Source: Stegostoma tigrinum (taxonomy: Eukaryota). Taken from it: a stretch of 33,431 nucleotides of DNA. Each line of letters begins with the position of its first letter. Position 1 is the first letter of the stretch. A program made the position numbers and the translations under genes. The stretch is from the NCBI RefSeq assembly GCF_030684315.1, contig NC_081396.1:4556570-4590000 (forward strand). Reading direction: 5' to 3'. This document shows, in pieces, positions 10,200 through 22,290 of the stretch. Below the pieces are notes generated by a model. It was not told the DNA's origin and made no database searches. It saw only the letters and a program-made list of their open reading frames with translations.

Positions 10200-11038
10200 G
10201 TTCTCTCAAAGCTCAACAGGATTATGATTAGCAGGATCAATAAGCAGAAGAATGACAGGCAGAGATTAACTTAAATGAATGCGTGGTGTCGTATTTTGGA
10301 CATGAATAACACAGTTAATGGTTGGGTGCTGAGGAGTGCAGTCGAAAACCGGGAGTGAAGAGTTCAGGTACATCGTTCCTTGGAAGTGTTGCTACTAATA
10401 GAATGCTGATGAAGGCGCTTTGCACGCTTGTATTGATTGGTCAGAGCATTGACTGTCAGACTCGATGCGTTAAGTTCCTGCTGTACCCGACATTCGTGAG
10501 GCGACGTTTGGAGGACTGCATTTCGGTCTTGTCACCGTGCTGCACGAAAATTCTTGGTAATTAAGAAAAAGTGCTGAAATGTTTTGCCAAATGTTACTTG
10601 AGGTTTTGAGAGATGGGAAGAGGTTGTTCACTCTGGATGTTTCTTTTAATCCATTGATTTTAGAAGAATAATTTGTGAATCGAGAGAAGTTTGTATCATC
10701 ATCGGAGAAGCAGATAATCAGAATAACAAAGGTTCACTATTCTCCTATTTCAAAGGAGATCAAAATTACATGCCTTTGCTTTAAGTTGGAAAAGAAAGTT
10801 TTAAAAGGGACCGGTGGGAAACATTTTTCACGCAGAGGCTGGTACGTATATGAATGAACTGGTAGAGGAAATGGTAGATAAACGTTCAGTTACAACATTG
10901 AAAAAAAAACATTTCAACAATACATGCACCAAATGCAGGCGAATGGAATTCCTTTAATTTGTGAATTCTGTCGGCATGCGTGATTTGGACTGAAGGGCCG
11001 GTTGTTAAACTGTACGACTCGATAATTCTCTGACTCAG
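10200..11038 (+). mobile_element. Decayed CR1-type LINE 3' portion
   Basis: ORF 10322-10564 contains IGQSIDCQTRCVKFLLYPTFVRRRLEDCISVLSPCC, a decayed form of the CR1 LYxxLVRPHLEYCVQFWSP motif. Ends in a gactc-type short-repeat tail near 11016-11038. Confidence 0.75.
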
Positions 11039-13471
11039 TTATGGAACAGGCTCGACATTCGAAACTGATGAGTCAGTGAAGGGATAGAGTGTGAGCTGGT
11101 CGGCTTTGATGTGTTGAGTTGCTACTGCATGAGCTGGCACGCAAATAGCTTGGCAGTTCAGAATCCAGGCAAACGATTATGATTGTGAGGAAATGGTTTC
11201 ACTGAGACGTGTTAGTAAGTGAGTGTGTCAATTTACTGGAAAACTAGTCACTGTTTAAGGTGCCAAGCTAGTTTGTTGACTGACCAGCAGTATGTGGGAT
11301 TGTTTGGATGATAGATGATGACAATAATGAAATGGTAGGAGGTCATCATGCACAATGTGAAGCTCGCAGTTTGTCAAAGTGTCAGACGGTAAACAACGGA
11401 TGAGAAGAGAGGTGGGATGGAATGTTCGCGGCTAAGATTGGAGTTAAATTTTCGAGGCTTTGAGATCATGCATAAAGAAGTTGTGTCCTCACTTCGGTGA
11501 AAGGTACCTGACAGGGGTAGATACAAATGGACCATGTGCAGAGTGGCAGAAGGGGAATTAAGGAATCGTGTGTACATGTCCAGCTGGAATAACGATTATC
11601 TTGGAATGCGTGGTGTTGCGTGGAAAGGATTTCATGCATGGCAGAGCGAGTGGATTTGTGACAGTATGGGGGTTATCAATGCCAGGGGAGGTTCAAGACA
11701 GAGTGAGAGAGAGTGGTGATCTGACTGAGAAATTCAGAGCTTTGCAGTGAATTGAGTGTCAATTGAATCATTCCTTGCGAAATGTTTCACAGTAAACCAT
11801 AGTTCACCAAAGGCTCTGACATTAATGGAGGAACACATGTTTTCAGAGGCCTCCAGAATTCAGATAATTGCCCATGATCACTTTTAACTTCTATTCAATT
11901 GGCATGAGGTCAACTTTGACACACATTCTCAGAATTCTCATCCTCCGCTCCTCTTGGCGCTGCTGCAGCAACGTTCTTCTGGGATAAAAATATTCTGACT
12001 TGCATTGACAGTAGAAAGAGAGTGTTCCAACGCACTTGTGCCAAGGATATTCAATCTCCCAGAAGAGTGACTTTTAATATTTCTCTTCATAATGTTATTG
12101 TCACTGCTGAATCCTGCATCGTCAAAATACTAAGGGCTGTCATTTTTTAAAAAAAGACATGAATTCCCATGCAAAAGCTTTGGCGAAAAGAGCAAAATAT
12201 GTGCTAGACATTTTCAGCCAGTCATTTTTCTGCTGTCTACAAATGCCGGCACACCATCGACAAGACACTGGACAGCAATGAGTCGGAATAATGTCTACTC
12301 CTGTGGATGAGTGGAACTTGAATAATGTTTAATAAACGTGCAACATTCAGAACAAAGGAATGCACTTGTTTGCATGCCCATTTATCATGTGCAATATTCA
12401 CTTCTTTTCTTCAAATGCAGTGGGACCGTTGTGGGATATCTACGAGCTAGACTGTAGAAAATCAGCTAGTTTCCTTCCCCTGCAGATTTTGATCCCACGA
12501 CCTATAACACCGTGAGGAATGGGGCAGCAAATGAAAGACATCACAACCAACTGTAACTCATTCTCTCCGTGTAACAATATTGGGGCTTCTTCACAACTGT
12601 TCGGCCAAATATTCTACCACTCCCGTCCAAGAAATACCATGAGTACCTGCTTTGTAAGGTATATAATGGTGGAAGTAAGCAACTTTCTTGCACATCCCCA
12701 TAGATAAAAAGAAACATGCAAAGAATGTGACTGGAGACAGCAATGCCGACATCACGTGCACAAAACTAATCAAACAATATAAGGGCCAAAAATTTTCTTT
12801 TACAAACTCGGCAGTTGTCTGTCCTTCACTGCTTGTCTGGTGTTGCACTTTGAAGTCTCTACCATGAGGGCATATACAATATTCTCTACCTATTCCACTT
12901 GGTGTTCAAACTGGAAGAACGTTAAATTATCAGTCAAGATTCTGTGGCATGGCAGCATCAAACAACAGAAAGGGCACGACATCACTGATTTACTTCCTTA
13001 ATCCAAGACACTTAATGGAGTCAGGAGTCATTGTTGTTCGCTGCCTTGCAACTCTACCCCAACTGGCTGGCAATGCCCTGCCACTTCAGATGGATATGTC
13101 TGGCAGATGGAATGGGGTTTTTTTAAATGGTTACACAGATCAAATTTGTTGGCTACCAAAGACCTAATTTCCTTCCAGACAAATCACTTTTCTGTAATGT
13201 TAGACAGGAATTAGTTGGAATGGGTTCACTCTGAGTCACACAACGCAGGAAATGATAAAATTTGCTTCAAAGTCTGACATCATCAAGTTTTTATGATTGT
13301 TTCATTGTGAACCTGTAGGAGGGATTACCCAGTCTCTTTTCAAGTTTCGTCAATTTAAACACCTTTGGGCGCATGGGGAAACTGATGTAGCATGAGACGA
13401 AGTGCTCAATTTTAACAAAATGCTCACACAAGCACAGTCAAAGAAAGGACAAGACAATTTAATTTTCACAG

Positions 13472-13674
13472 NNNNNNNNNNNNNNNNNNNNNNNNNNNNN
13501 NNNNNNNNNNNNNNNNNNNNNNNNNNNNNNNNNNNNNNNNNNNNNNNNNNNNNNNNNNNNNNNNNNNNNNNNNNNNNNNNNNNNNNNNNNNNNNNNNNNN
13601 NNNNNNNNNNNNNNNNNNNNNNNNNNNNNNNNNNNNNNNNNNNNNNNNNNNNNNNNNNNNNNNNNNNNNNNNNN
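13472..13674. other. Assembly gap (203 N)
   Basis: Run of N characters. Confidence 1.
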
Positions 13675-13800
13675 CTGAGGAAGGATCACCGAACCAGAAA
13701 ATTTAAGAACTCTCTCCTTGGATGTTGCCGGAGCTGCTGAGTTCTTCCAGAAATTTCTCTTTTGGTTTCTCATTTGCAGCACTTGTTGTATTTTAGGTTT
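13675..13800 (+). mobile_element. Decayed Penelope-type terminal repeat fragment with hammerhead relic
   Basis: CTGAGGA...GAAA followed by gatgttgccggagctgctgagttcttccag, resembling the pLTR at 28414-28525. Confidence 0.4.
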
Positions 13801-13984
13801 CATTCAATTGAAGTCCTCCTCTATTCAGTTGTAGTCCAACTGAAATATCAAACTTGTTATTGAGAAATTCTTTTAAAGCTGAATGGTGATGGGATTAAAG
13901 TGTTTTTATTCCTTAGTTAAAACAGATAAGACGTAAGACAAAAAGCAAAACTAAGCTGAACTTATGCTGCTCAAGAGAACCAGT

Positions 13985-14277
13985 CTCCCTTTCATCCTCG
14001 GGCGTCTGTCTGTGCTGATTTTGCACATTCTCCCCATGTCTGCGTGTGTTTCTGCCGGGTGTTCCCGTTTCCATCCACAGTCCAAAGTGTCCAGGTTAGC
14101 TGGAACGGCCATCCAATATTCCTCAAAGTGCAAAGGGGTATGTATGTTCGGTGGTTTAGCCATGAGAATTCAGTGTTAATGGGGAGGTGACTGGTTCTAG
14201 TTGTGCTGCTGTTCGGAGCGGCAGTGTGGGCATGCTGCACTGAATGATCTGTTTGCACACTGCAAGGATCCTATGAA
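13985..14277 (+). mobile_element. V-SINE (HE1-like shark SINE), 5'-truncated
   Basis: V-domain-like tttgcacattctccccatgtctgcgtgtgtttctgccgggtgttcccgtttccatccacagtccaaag followed by a CR1-like 3' tail. Confidence 0.8.
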
Positions 14278-14318
14278 TTAACAGAGTCTAACTTGCTTAA
14301 TCCGACATTCTTTCCCAG

Positions 14319-14615
14319 TGACTCCATCTTCCCCGACGCTTTATGGTCTAGTCTCCTGTCGTGAACACAGCACTGATAACTCTGTGATTTTTGGTTGTTT
14401 GGCGATGGATTATTCCCCCGACGTCACTACTGTGACCTGGAAGAAAGATGGGACGCAGATCACGACTGGATTTAAGACATACCCATCGGTGAGAAACAAG
14501 AAGGGAACTTATACCCTGAGCAGCCAGTTAGCCCTGACTGGAGCAGACGCGCATTGTGGAAAAGTCTACTGTGAGGTTCGACACAGCGGGTCCGACAAGA
14601 GCACTGAAATACAAT
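14319..14615 (+). CDS. IGHM: Cmu1 (CH1) exon: open frame, splice donor mutated
   Basis: TTTCCCAG acceptor at 14311-14318. Translates [13 protein letters not shown]...[19 protein letters not shown]...[17 protein letters not shown]. The expected T|GTAAGT reads T|GGAAGT at 14616-14621. Confidence 0.93.
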
Positions 14616-14689
14616 GGAAGTATTGTGGGAACGTGGTAGACAGATATGTGTGCTTTACGCAAATATGGTCTTATTCATAACGCTTTTAA

Positions 14690-14960
14690 CAGAATCCTAG
14701 GATCTATACAGCAGAGAGGATGGCCCCTCGGCCTATCTCCTACATACAAAAGAAAACTACGCATCTATTCCAGCCCATTTGCCCACACAGAATGAATTGC
14801 CTTGTTGATTTGACATTGCAAGTGTAGGCTTCAATATTTCTGACATGATATAAGGGTTTCAGCTTCAACATGACTCACAGGCAATAGCTCCAATTCCAAC
14901 ATTGTCTGGATGATTTATTCCATTCAAAACATCTTGCCTTTATCTAAAAACTATGCAGCT
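14690..14960 (-). mobile_element. Decayed CR1-type LINE 3' end
   Basis: acagaatcc...tacagcagagaggatggcccctcggcctatc resembles the reverse complement of the CR1 tails seen elsewhere in this window. Confidence 0.45.
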
Positions 14961-15039
14961 TATTGCGAGGTTTGGATAATTTAAGTTACTGGGAAAGGCT
15001 CAGTTCGATCCATTAATTTTCCAACAGATGTTAAGTCTG

Positions 15040-15403
15040 GAGACCTGACAGAAGATTTTTTTTAAATCATTAGCAATATAGACAGGGTGAACAGTCAAAG
15101 TTTTTTTCGCCACGGTCGGGAAATCCAAAAGTAGAAGGCATAGGCTTAAGTGCAGAAAGCAAAGATTTAGCAGGGACCATGCAAACAGTGATATGTGAAT
15201 GGATTGAGGTGCCAGAGGAATTCGTTGAGTGCAATGAGATAATTTAAAAGCTATCTGGATGGGAACACGAATAGGAAGCATTTAGATGGACATGTGCCAA
15301 ATGCTGGCAAATGTTACTAGATTACTTTGGGATATTTGGTCACAATAGATGTGGTACACTGACGTGTCTGTTCCCATGCGAGACATGTCTCCGATTCTGT
15401 GAC
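15040..15403 (+). mobile_element. Decayed CR1-type LINE 3' end
   Basis: atagacagggtgaacagtcaaag...gggaaatccaaaagtagaaggcataggcttaagtg resembles the CR1 DRVxxxxLF..SxTRGH region, followed by a 3' UTR and tail. Confidence 0.65.
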
Positions 15404-16199
15404 TTTTTGAGAAGTCATAGAGCTCCAAACGGTAGGTGGGCATGCACACAGAAGAATCTCAGGCATCTCAGGATTCCACTCTTTGTAGTGTTAAACATTG
15501 CATGTTCCTTTTCAGGATGCATGGATCACCTCAACCTTAGCCAGAATGATTTCCATTTTCCATAAGCAGCCCTTCGAGCCAGTCCTTCTTTATTCTACTA
15601 TACCGCACAATCTTTGAATTCACGACTTACAGCTCAACAATTTTTATTTCATCTGTGAAACTTCTGATCAACACTTCTAGATTCAACTCTAAATATTTTA
15701 TAGACATCACACACAGTAAGAATATTTATACTGATCCTCACAGAGGATCATTCGTCACAGAGCTCCAGTCGCATAAACACACCACGACTATCGGTCTCCA
15801 ATTCCTACCACTCAGCCAGTTCTGGAACCAATTAGACATTTCCTTTTCAGCTTCCGTTTGCTCTTAGCTTTGCTGTCATCTCCACACCTGGCATCTCTTT
15901 GAAAACTCCTTTCGAGTTCGTTCGGCATGATTTCCCTTGAATGAAAAAAAAGCCGAAAATGTTTGATTAAATTCTTCCAAATGAAGATTAATTGTGTTCT
16001 GAGGAATTGTTTCCGATATTTTCCTTACAACTGAGTTGAGTTTGACTGTCCTCTGGTTCCATGGTTTATTCTTTGTTTCATCTTGCTCCATGGTATACCT
16101 TTGAATGACTGACAGTCATTTCGGATATACCCCGTGGCTAAAGAGGAAATCAAACATATTGCTATCACCTCATGCACTCCTTTTTGTTCCTCACAAAAC

Positions 16200-17300
16200 A
16201 GCCCTGGATGTTTTTAATCTGCCCTGTAATACAAAAAAATGAGCATCCACTCATCTAATGCAGATTTTTGAAAGAAAATCACGACTGTTCCCCATGATGT
16301 TCAGGGCTCATTTCGTTTTTCATCACATGTCATTTCATTGTTGGAACAGGTTGGCCTTTTCGTCTTTCTGTTTCCTCCCTGAATGCGTCCAACTGTTTGG
16401 ACTCAAATTTAAAATTAAGTGTCGATCTTAGTTCACTCTGGTCAAATTGTACCCTATCATATTAAATTTGGCCTTCCCATATTTCATAACTTTAGTTCGG
16501 ATTTTTGCCTATTGATTTCTAGGACAATTTTGAATCCAATGGATTTGTGATCATTCACTGGAAAATGTTTCTCCTTTCATACTTTAAGCACTTCGTCAGC
16601 CTCAATGCCTAAAGTTAAGCGGAGGTGCAGTGTCTCTTGCAATGCCTTTTCCAGGCGGAGTTTAAAATCTCAATTTCTCAATTCTGCACCTTCTGGACAG
16701 TTGAAATGATGAATTTGAAGAAGTTGAAATCCTGACAATGATGACCCTATTTACGTACACCTGTCTGAAAATATGCTGGAGGTATCCATACTCATATCTC
16801 TCGGACCAGTCGAGGAGCCTTTCTTGCACTCCTAACAGACATTTTGCTTTATTTTGCTTTTTAAGTACTTTTCATTTGAGGATGTATCTACGATTTCATT
16901 CCTCTTTACTACTGAAAACATCCTGCTCAATATTGCAACAGACACCACCACCTCTCCATCCGCTCCCCACCCCGCGTCCATTTTATAACTTCCCACAATT
17001 CGTCTGAAGGCGACATCTCCTGGAATAATGTGCACTGTCCCTCTCTCAACATATCTCCATGATGTCACTACTTAATTTCCTCATTGTTCTCTTAAACTCG
17101 TCGGATTCTTTTCATTGATTTGACTGATGTATAATTTCTGCACCATATTTCAGACTTGCTATTTCTTCAAATTTTGGCACTTCCTATCAACTTTCTTATC
17201 TTTCTGACTGAATTCCAGATATTGCTGTCTGTTTTCTGCATAATTCGTATCCTTGTAACGTTTAGGCGAACACTGAAAGAAAATTGTTGACTCCATTTTT
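16200..17300 (-). mobile_element. Highly decayed CR1 ORF2 endonuclease-region relic
   Basis: The minus strand around 16537-16575 gives a decayed, frameshifted GEHF..NDHKSI, like the APE-domain SDH motif. Boundaries are very approximate. Confidence 0.4.
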
Positions 17301-17338
17301 TCCCAAATCAGATAACATGCACGATCTGTTTTCTTAAG

Positions 17339-17653
17339 GTTCAAACGGTGGTGACCCTCCAACTGTTCTCCTTACTGTGAGTTCCAGTGAAGAAATCGAG
17401 AGCAGGAAAGTTGCAACCTTAGTCTGCTCAATCTTTCACTTCAATAAAAAGGATATCTCCGTGGTTTGGTTGAAGAATGGAAGAGTGGTAAATTCTGGTG
17501 TCTTCACTTCTCCTGTGTGTGAAGCGAACGGAAACTTCTCAACGAACAGTCAGCTGAGAGTGTCTTCTAGTGAATGGTTCGACAGAGCAGTCTACACATG
17601 CCAGGTCGAACATGAAGGGCACAGTCAAAGTCACAACATCACCGGACCTCAGG
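17339..17653 (+). CDS. IGHM: Cmu2 (CH2) exon, intact
   Basis: AG at 17337-17338. Translates SNGGDPPTVLLTVSSSEEIESRKVATLVCSIFHF...VWLKNG...VYTCQVEHEGHSQSHNITGPQ. Phase-1 donor G|GTAAGA at 17654. Confidence 0.95.
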
Positions 17654-17979
17654 GTAAGAGATGCATTCCGACAGAAATGATACTAATTGTGACCGCTGAT
17701 GCAAAACAAAACACTTAATTTATCAAGCGGTGTGAAAAGCATGAAACAAGTTCTAATTGAGATCATGCAGTGTGGAACTCAATTCATTGTGAGTTTTACG
17801 GAAGCATTGTTCATAATTCAAATGAGAGAAAGGTGCTTCCCTCTATATTGACAACATATGAGAGTTTACGAGATTCATTTGTTGTTTGACAATACTTGGC
17901 GAGGGAGTGGAAATGCAGAATCCATTGCTGGTAACGGCCTCAAGGATAAGGGGATTGTGGGGAGGGGAGCCATCGAGAA

Positions 17980-18345
17980 GTGATCTCATTGAAACTTAGG
18001 AAATACTGACAGATCGAGACAGGGTGTATGTGGAGAAGCTGTTTTCACGAATATGTTGACGAGGACCCGAGGACAAACCCTCAGTCAAAAGGAGGACCAT
18101 GTAGAGCGGAACCAAAGAGGATAATCTTTGCCCAGGAAGTGATGAATCCATGGATCTCTCTACCCCAGGAACCTGTGGAGGTAAAGTCATTGAAATCAAT
18201 TAAGATAGGGGTAGAATGGCTGGTGCTCAGTACCGGGAGAAGGCGGGACAATGGGTTTGAGAAACACATCAGCCATAATCGAATGACACAGCAGATTTGA
18301 TTGAAGCTTCTGATTCTGCTCCGAAATCTTTCGGTTTTGTGGTCG
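17980..18345 (+). mobile_element. Decayed CR1-type LINE 3' end
   Basis: gatctcattgaaact...gacagggtg (DLIET..DRV) and FAQEVMNPWISLPQEPVE (consensus-like FSQRVVNLWNSLPQxxVE), followed by a 3' UTR. Confidence 0.75.
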
Positions 18346-19584
18346 GAAGATGACGTAGTAATATGTGGTGTAAATAATATTTGAAAATAAAACATAATGT
18401 GTTCGGTACTTTGTTCCAACATCAGGAATTACCCGTTGACCTTGAGCATTGGGCTACAATTTTATGCGTGTTATGGGGCTCTTTAACTTCAATCATGGCA
18501 TCAAAACAGACACCAAGTGAGAATAAAATTTGATTAACAGAGATAAACTTGATCTCATCGAGCCGACTTTAGACGATTTCTGCAATTAATTGATGTGGCA
18601 GCACGATAAATTCTGTTGGAAATGCCGGAAATAAAATGAATTATGTCAGCATTAGAGCGACAATACTTTAGCCTGGATTCAGGATGGATATGTTTAAGCG
18701 GTGAGTAGTGGGTGTATGAAAATTACCAGTGCAAATATCACGTGAGTTTGCACCTTAATAGAAACTCTCCCTCTTGATTTTTTTTTGTTCTGTGAAGACA
18801 TTTAAAATTGCAGTTAGATGAATAAAATGAAAGTAGAGCCCATTCATTATCTCAGTGAATAGGGCATGGTGGAGGGAAGGCTTGAGGGGATGCGGGTCCA
18901 ACTCTATTTCCGCTGTTGAATTCTGTGTCTCGTTTTCAGGTCAACTGCAACTTTGCACAATGAGGAATAATATTTCATGAGGTACTTTAGAAACGACCTC
19001 ACACCAATAATGCAACTTATTTTCCATCGTGTTAAACTACATTGAGCAGCATTTCCGTGAAAGTTCACCACTCGTAAAACATAGGAAAATATCCATAATT
19101 ACAAAAAGAATAAGAGAATGACTACTTTTGATTACAGGTTTACTGAAATTGTTATTTTTCTCCGCACTCACCATGACCAGCAAAATTTACACACATGCCT
19201 CATGAAAGTAAAAATAAATTCATTATATTGATTGGAGATTAGTTCAAAAATATCAATTGTTGGCCTTATGTGATGGAAGAACCGTGAAAGGAAATAACTC
19301 CATGAGTTAAATCATGGTAACATTGATTCTTATTTTTCACACACGATTCACTTGTTTCAAAGCTTGTTTGCTTTGGTAATAATGATACAGGAAATTTTAT
19401 AGGTAATCAACAATGTTTTCACAAGTCAAAATATATAGACAATAGTAAATATCGTTGCAGGAATAGTTGGAAGTTGCCCTCTCAAAAGTGTTTTTCTATA
19501 CATTGTGAGTCAATAGACTGAACACTGATGTTTTATTACTCAAGAAGCATTTCTTCATTAATTCTGATTTCTGCTCCATTGTAG

Positions 19585-19890
19585 TTTCAGAGTGCCATGA
19601 TTACACAGCTAAAATACTACCGCTACCAGTTGAACAAGTCTTACTGGAGGCCACGGTGACATTAACCTGCGTTGTGTCCAATCTTCATTTTGAAGCCAAC
19701 TTCACCTGGATACATGACAAGAAGACTCTGAAATCAGAACTTGTTGACCAGTCCGGAGAGCATTCCGAAGGTGTGATCAGCAATTTAGATATTTCTACTG
19801 AAGCCTGGCTGAGTGGGGATACATTTGAATGCGTGGTGAACAATCAGTATCTACCGACTCCACTGAGAGACTCCATCCACAAGGAGAAAT
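19585..19890 (+). CDS. IGHM: Cmu3 (CH3) exon, intact
   Basis: AG at 19583-19584, with an alternative in-frame AG at 19589-19590. Translates [32 protein letters not shown]...FTW...[22 protein letters not shown]. Donor T|GTGAGT at 19891. Confidence 0.95.
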
Positions 19891-20341
19891 GTGAGTTAAG
19901 AAATGAATGCACAAAGCATTTATAATTTAGATCCCGTTTCATCGATGGTCTGTATTGATTGGTATTAACGTAGCTCCCTTGATGGCATTGATGATACATT
20001 TCCTGACAAGAAGGATAAATAAAGAATGAGGGAAAAATAAAAACTCGATTAACGGATATTCTGTCGTGATTATATTAAAAATGGGAAGCGAACTGGAGTT
20101 TTGTGATATAAACTCCAGTAAGGACAAATGTATAAAATTTCCGAGTTCTGGGCTGATGACATGCAGATGACATTTGAACTTTTTTTTGTAATGAATAGAA
20201 CGGATACTATTCTGCTCCTTTTCAAAAAATGAAAGTGAATAAATCCCAAATTAAACATGGAATCGATGAATATTGGGTAAAATTCCAATCCTGTTTCCTG
20301 AAGACTTAAACATAATTCCTTTTTTTTCAAACATTGTGTGG

Positions 20342-20733
20342 TAATAAATCCTCTGGAGCCATCGGTGTCGATCCTCCTGCCAACGACAGAAGAAGTCTCC
20401 GCACAGAGATTTCTTTCACTCACCTGTTTAGTGAGAGGCTTCAAGCCGCGAGAGGTCTTTGTCAAGTGGACAACAAATGACAAGCCAATTAATCCCAGTA
20501 ACTACAAGAACACCGCGGTGACGGCAGAGAGCAACAACACTTGATTCTTTTTGTACAGCCTATTAACAATTGCAGCGGAGGAGTGGGCCAGTGGTGCTTC
20601 TTACTCCTGTGTGGTGGGACATGAACCGATTCCATTGAAGATCATCAACAGAACAGCTGATAAATCCAGCGGTAAACCGAGTTTTGTGAATATTTCGCTT
20701 GCACTGATGGACACCATCAACTCATGCCAATGA
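20342..20733 (+). pseudogene. IGHM: Cmu4 (CH4) exon plus secretory tailpiece, disabled
   Basis: Translates [13 protein letters not shown]...[17 protein letters not shown]...NNT*FFLYS...YSCVVGHE...[26 protein letters not shown] at 20542-20544. The acceptor position 20340-20341 is GG. Internal membrane donor G|GTAAAC at 20672. The tailpiece has an NIS sequon and a penultimate Cys. Confidence 0.93.
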
Positions 20734-20759
20734 AATTTTAAGGTTACAGTAAAGAATTA

Positions 20760-20774
20760 AATAAAAGTAATAAA
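20760..20774 (+). terminator. Secretory-form polyadenylation signals
   Basis: AATAAA at 20760-20765 and at 20769-20774, followed by a GT/T-rich tract. Confidence 0.8.
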
Positions 20775-21879
20775 GTGTTTTCTTTCTTCAAATTGTCTTT
20801 TAAATAGACAATCGTTTAATTTAAGGTATTTCTCACTTTTCATAATATTCCGCCCTTCCAGTAAAAGTTGATAGTTAGCAGGACTAGGACTCGTGTCTTG
20901 TGCAGTTAATGCTCCTTGCTCAGACCAGTCCTTGTTCAGTGACAGACAAAAGCTCATTCATTACACGATTCGGCAAAGCACCTTCCCCATCTTAAATGTT
21001 ACTGCGACAAGAAATGACAATGTCTATTCCATCACAAATGGGCATGACGGATTTTGATCTTCGCTTCCCTGATTCCACAATCGCCCATGTCTTGAAAATT
21101 CATGCCAGCTTTTAAATGCCCCATTGCACCCGCGTGTAGTATCCCCTTTCGTGGCATTTCAAACAATGTTTGATTGTGACACACCAAGAAGGAAGTATTG
21201 CTTTGGTTACCATTCATATTGAGTTCAGAGTAACTTGAATTTCTCCTTTTATCGGTGCTCTGCAAGGGACCTCACACCAGTGCATCAGTTAGCAGAATGC
21301 ATTTTCAAGTCCATACCAAACAGAAGAGAAAGAAATGTTGTTATTTCGAACATAGGGAGAAGCGGGTAGAATGATAATGGATGATATGTGGACTCCTCTT
21401 GCCTAGAGTTCACGTTATATGCCCTCTGTAATGTGATTTGTAGCTGACCGGAATAGTCAGCTCATTGCTTACTGGCCAGTGATTCAAATTTTCCATGCAA
21501 TATAATTCATTTGAAGCGGATTCTATACCCATGATCCCGTTAATCATCTGTTACATTGTTTCTGCGTTATCCAAACCAAACTGGCATTGTTCCAGTTTAT
21601 TTTCAACAGTTCTGACTCAAATTCCTGGAACCCGTGGGATCAGTTCTGGGATACAAAAACCGGACGTCATTTTCTTTCACTTGCTGTGGACATATTTTAC
21701 ATACAATTTTTTCAGAAATGTAATTCTCCATCTCGAGAATGGTCGGAATTTGATCTGATGAATTTCATTTCAGAGACAGAAATTCGGTCTTTGCAACAAG
21801 AGTTATTCACGTAGCCCTTATCTGTTCACAACAGTGACAAATGTTCCCTTCACCATCAGGGGCAGAGCTAATCATTGGC

Positions 21880-22290
21880 AATTGATTGTAATTACAAAAC
21901 AGTAAAAAAAACACAGTCCTGTAGAAGAGCAGAAACAAACACAAATGGTCACAAACGCTCTCACGACACAGATATACAAGCTCTCACCAAAAGGGGCATA
22001 ATTGTGTACAAACATAACTGCGCATACACATAAGTTGTCACACATACATACATATAGAACGGCGCATGAACGCTCACAAAAAGGACAGTGCATGGAAAGA
22101 AATACTTCCAAATAAACAGGGTCCACCATGAAAAATCATGAAGAACATAGACACAAATTAGCACACAAATGATCTTTAATGCATATCCATTTATAACCAT
22201 GATACGTACAGATATGCATGTGTAAACACACGCATACAATATCCAAGATATATCCTCCCATGTACGCACTCACACACACAGACATTTTAG
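21880..22290. repeat. CA/ACA-rich low-complexity tract
   Basis: Dense degenerate cacata/acaca motifs. These produce spurious V/C/Y-rich minus-strand ORFs. Confidence 0.55.

Noticed and set aside
11030-11076. Paired AP-1 sites forming an AP-1/IRF composite element
   Set aside because: The first TGACTCA is part of the CR1 tail, and GAAA-N4-TGAGTCA does not match the canonical AICE orientation.
13402-13803. ORFs spanning the N run
   Set aside because: They are artefacts of the assembly gap.
3401-14318. Tetrapod-style switch region
   Set aside because: No kilobase-scale AGCT-rich or G-rich tandem array is visible, apart from what the gap might hide.
20542-20544. TGA as selenocysteine or programmed read-through
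   Set aside because: No SECIS element is evident, the position appears to be a Ser (TCA) in homologs, and the exon also lacks its acceptor.
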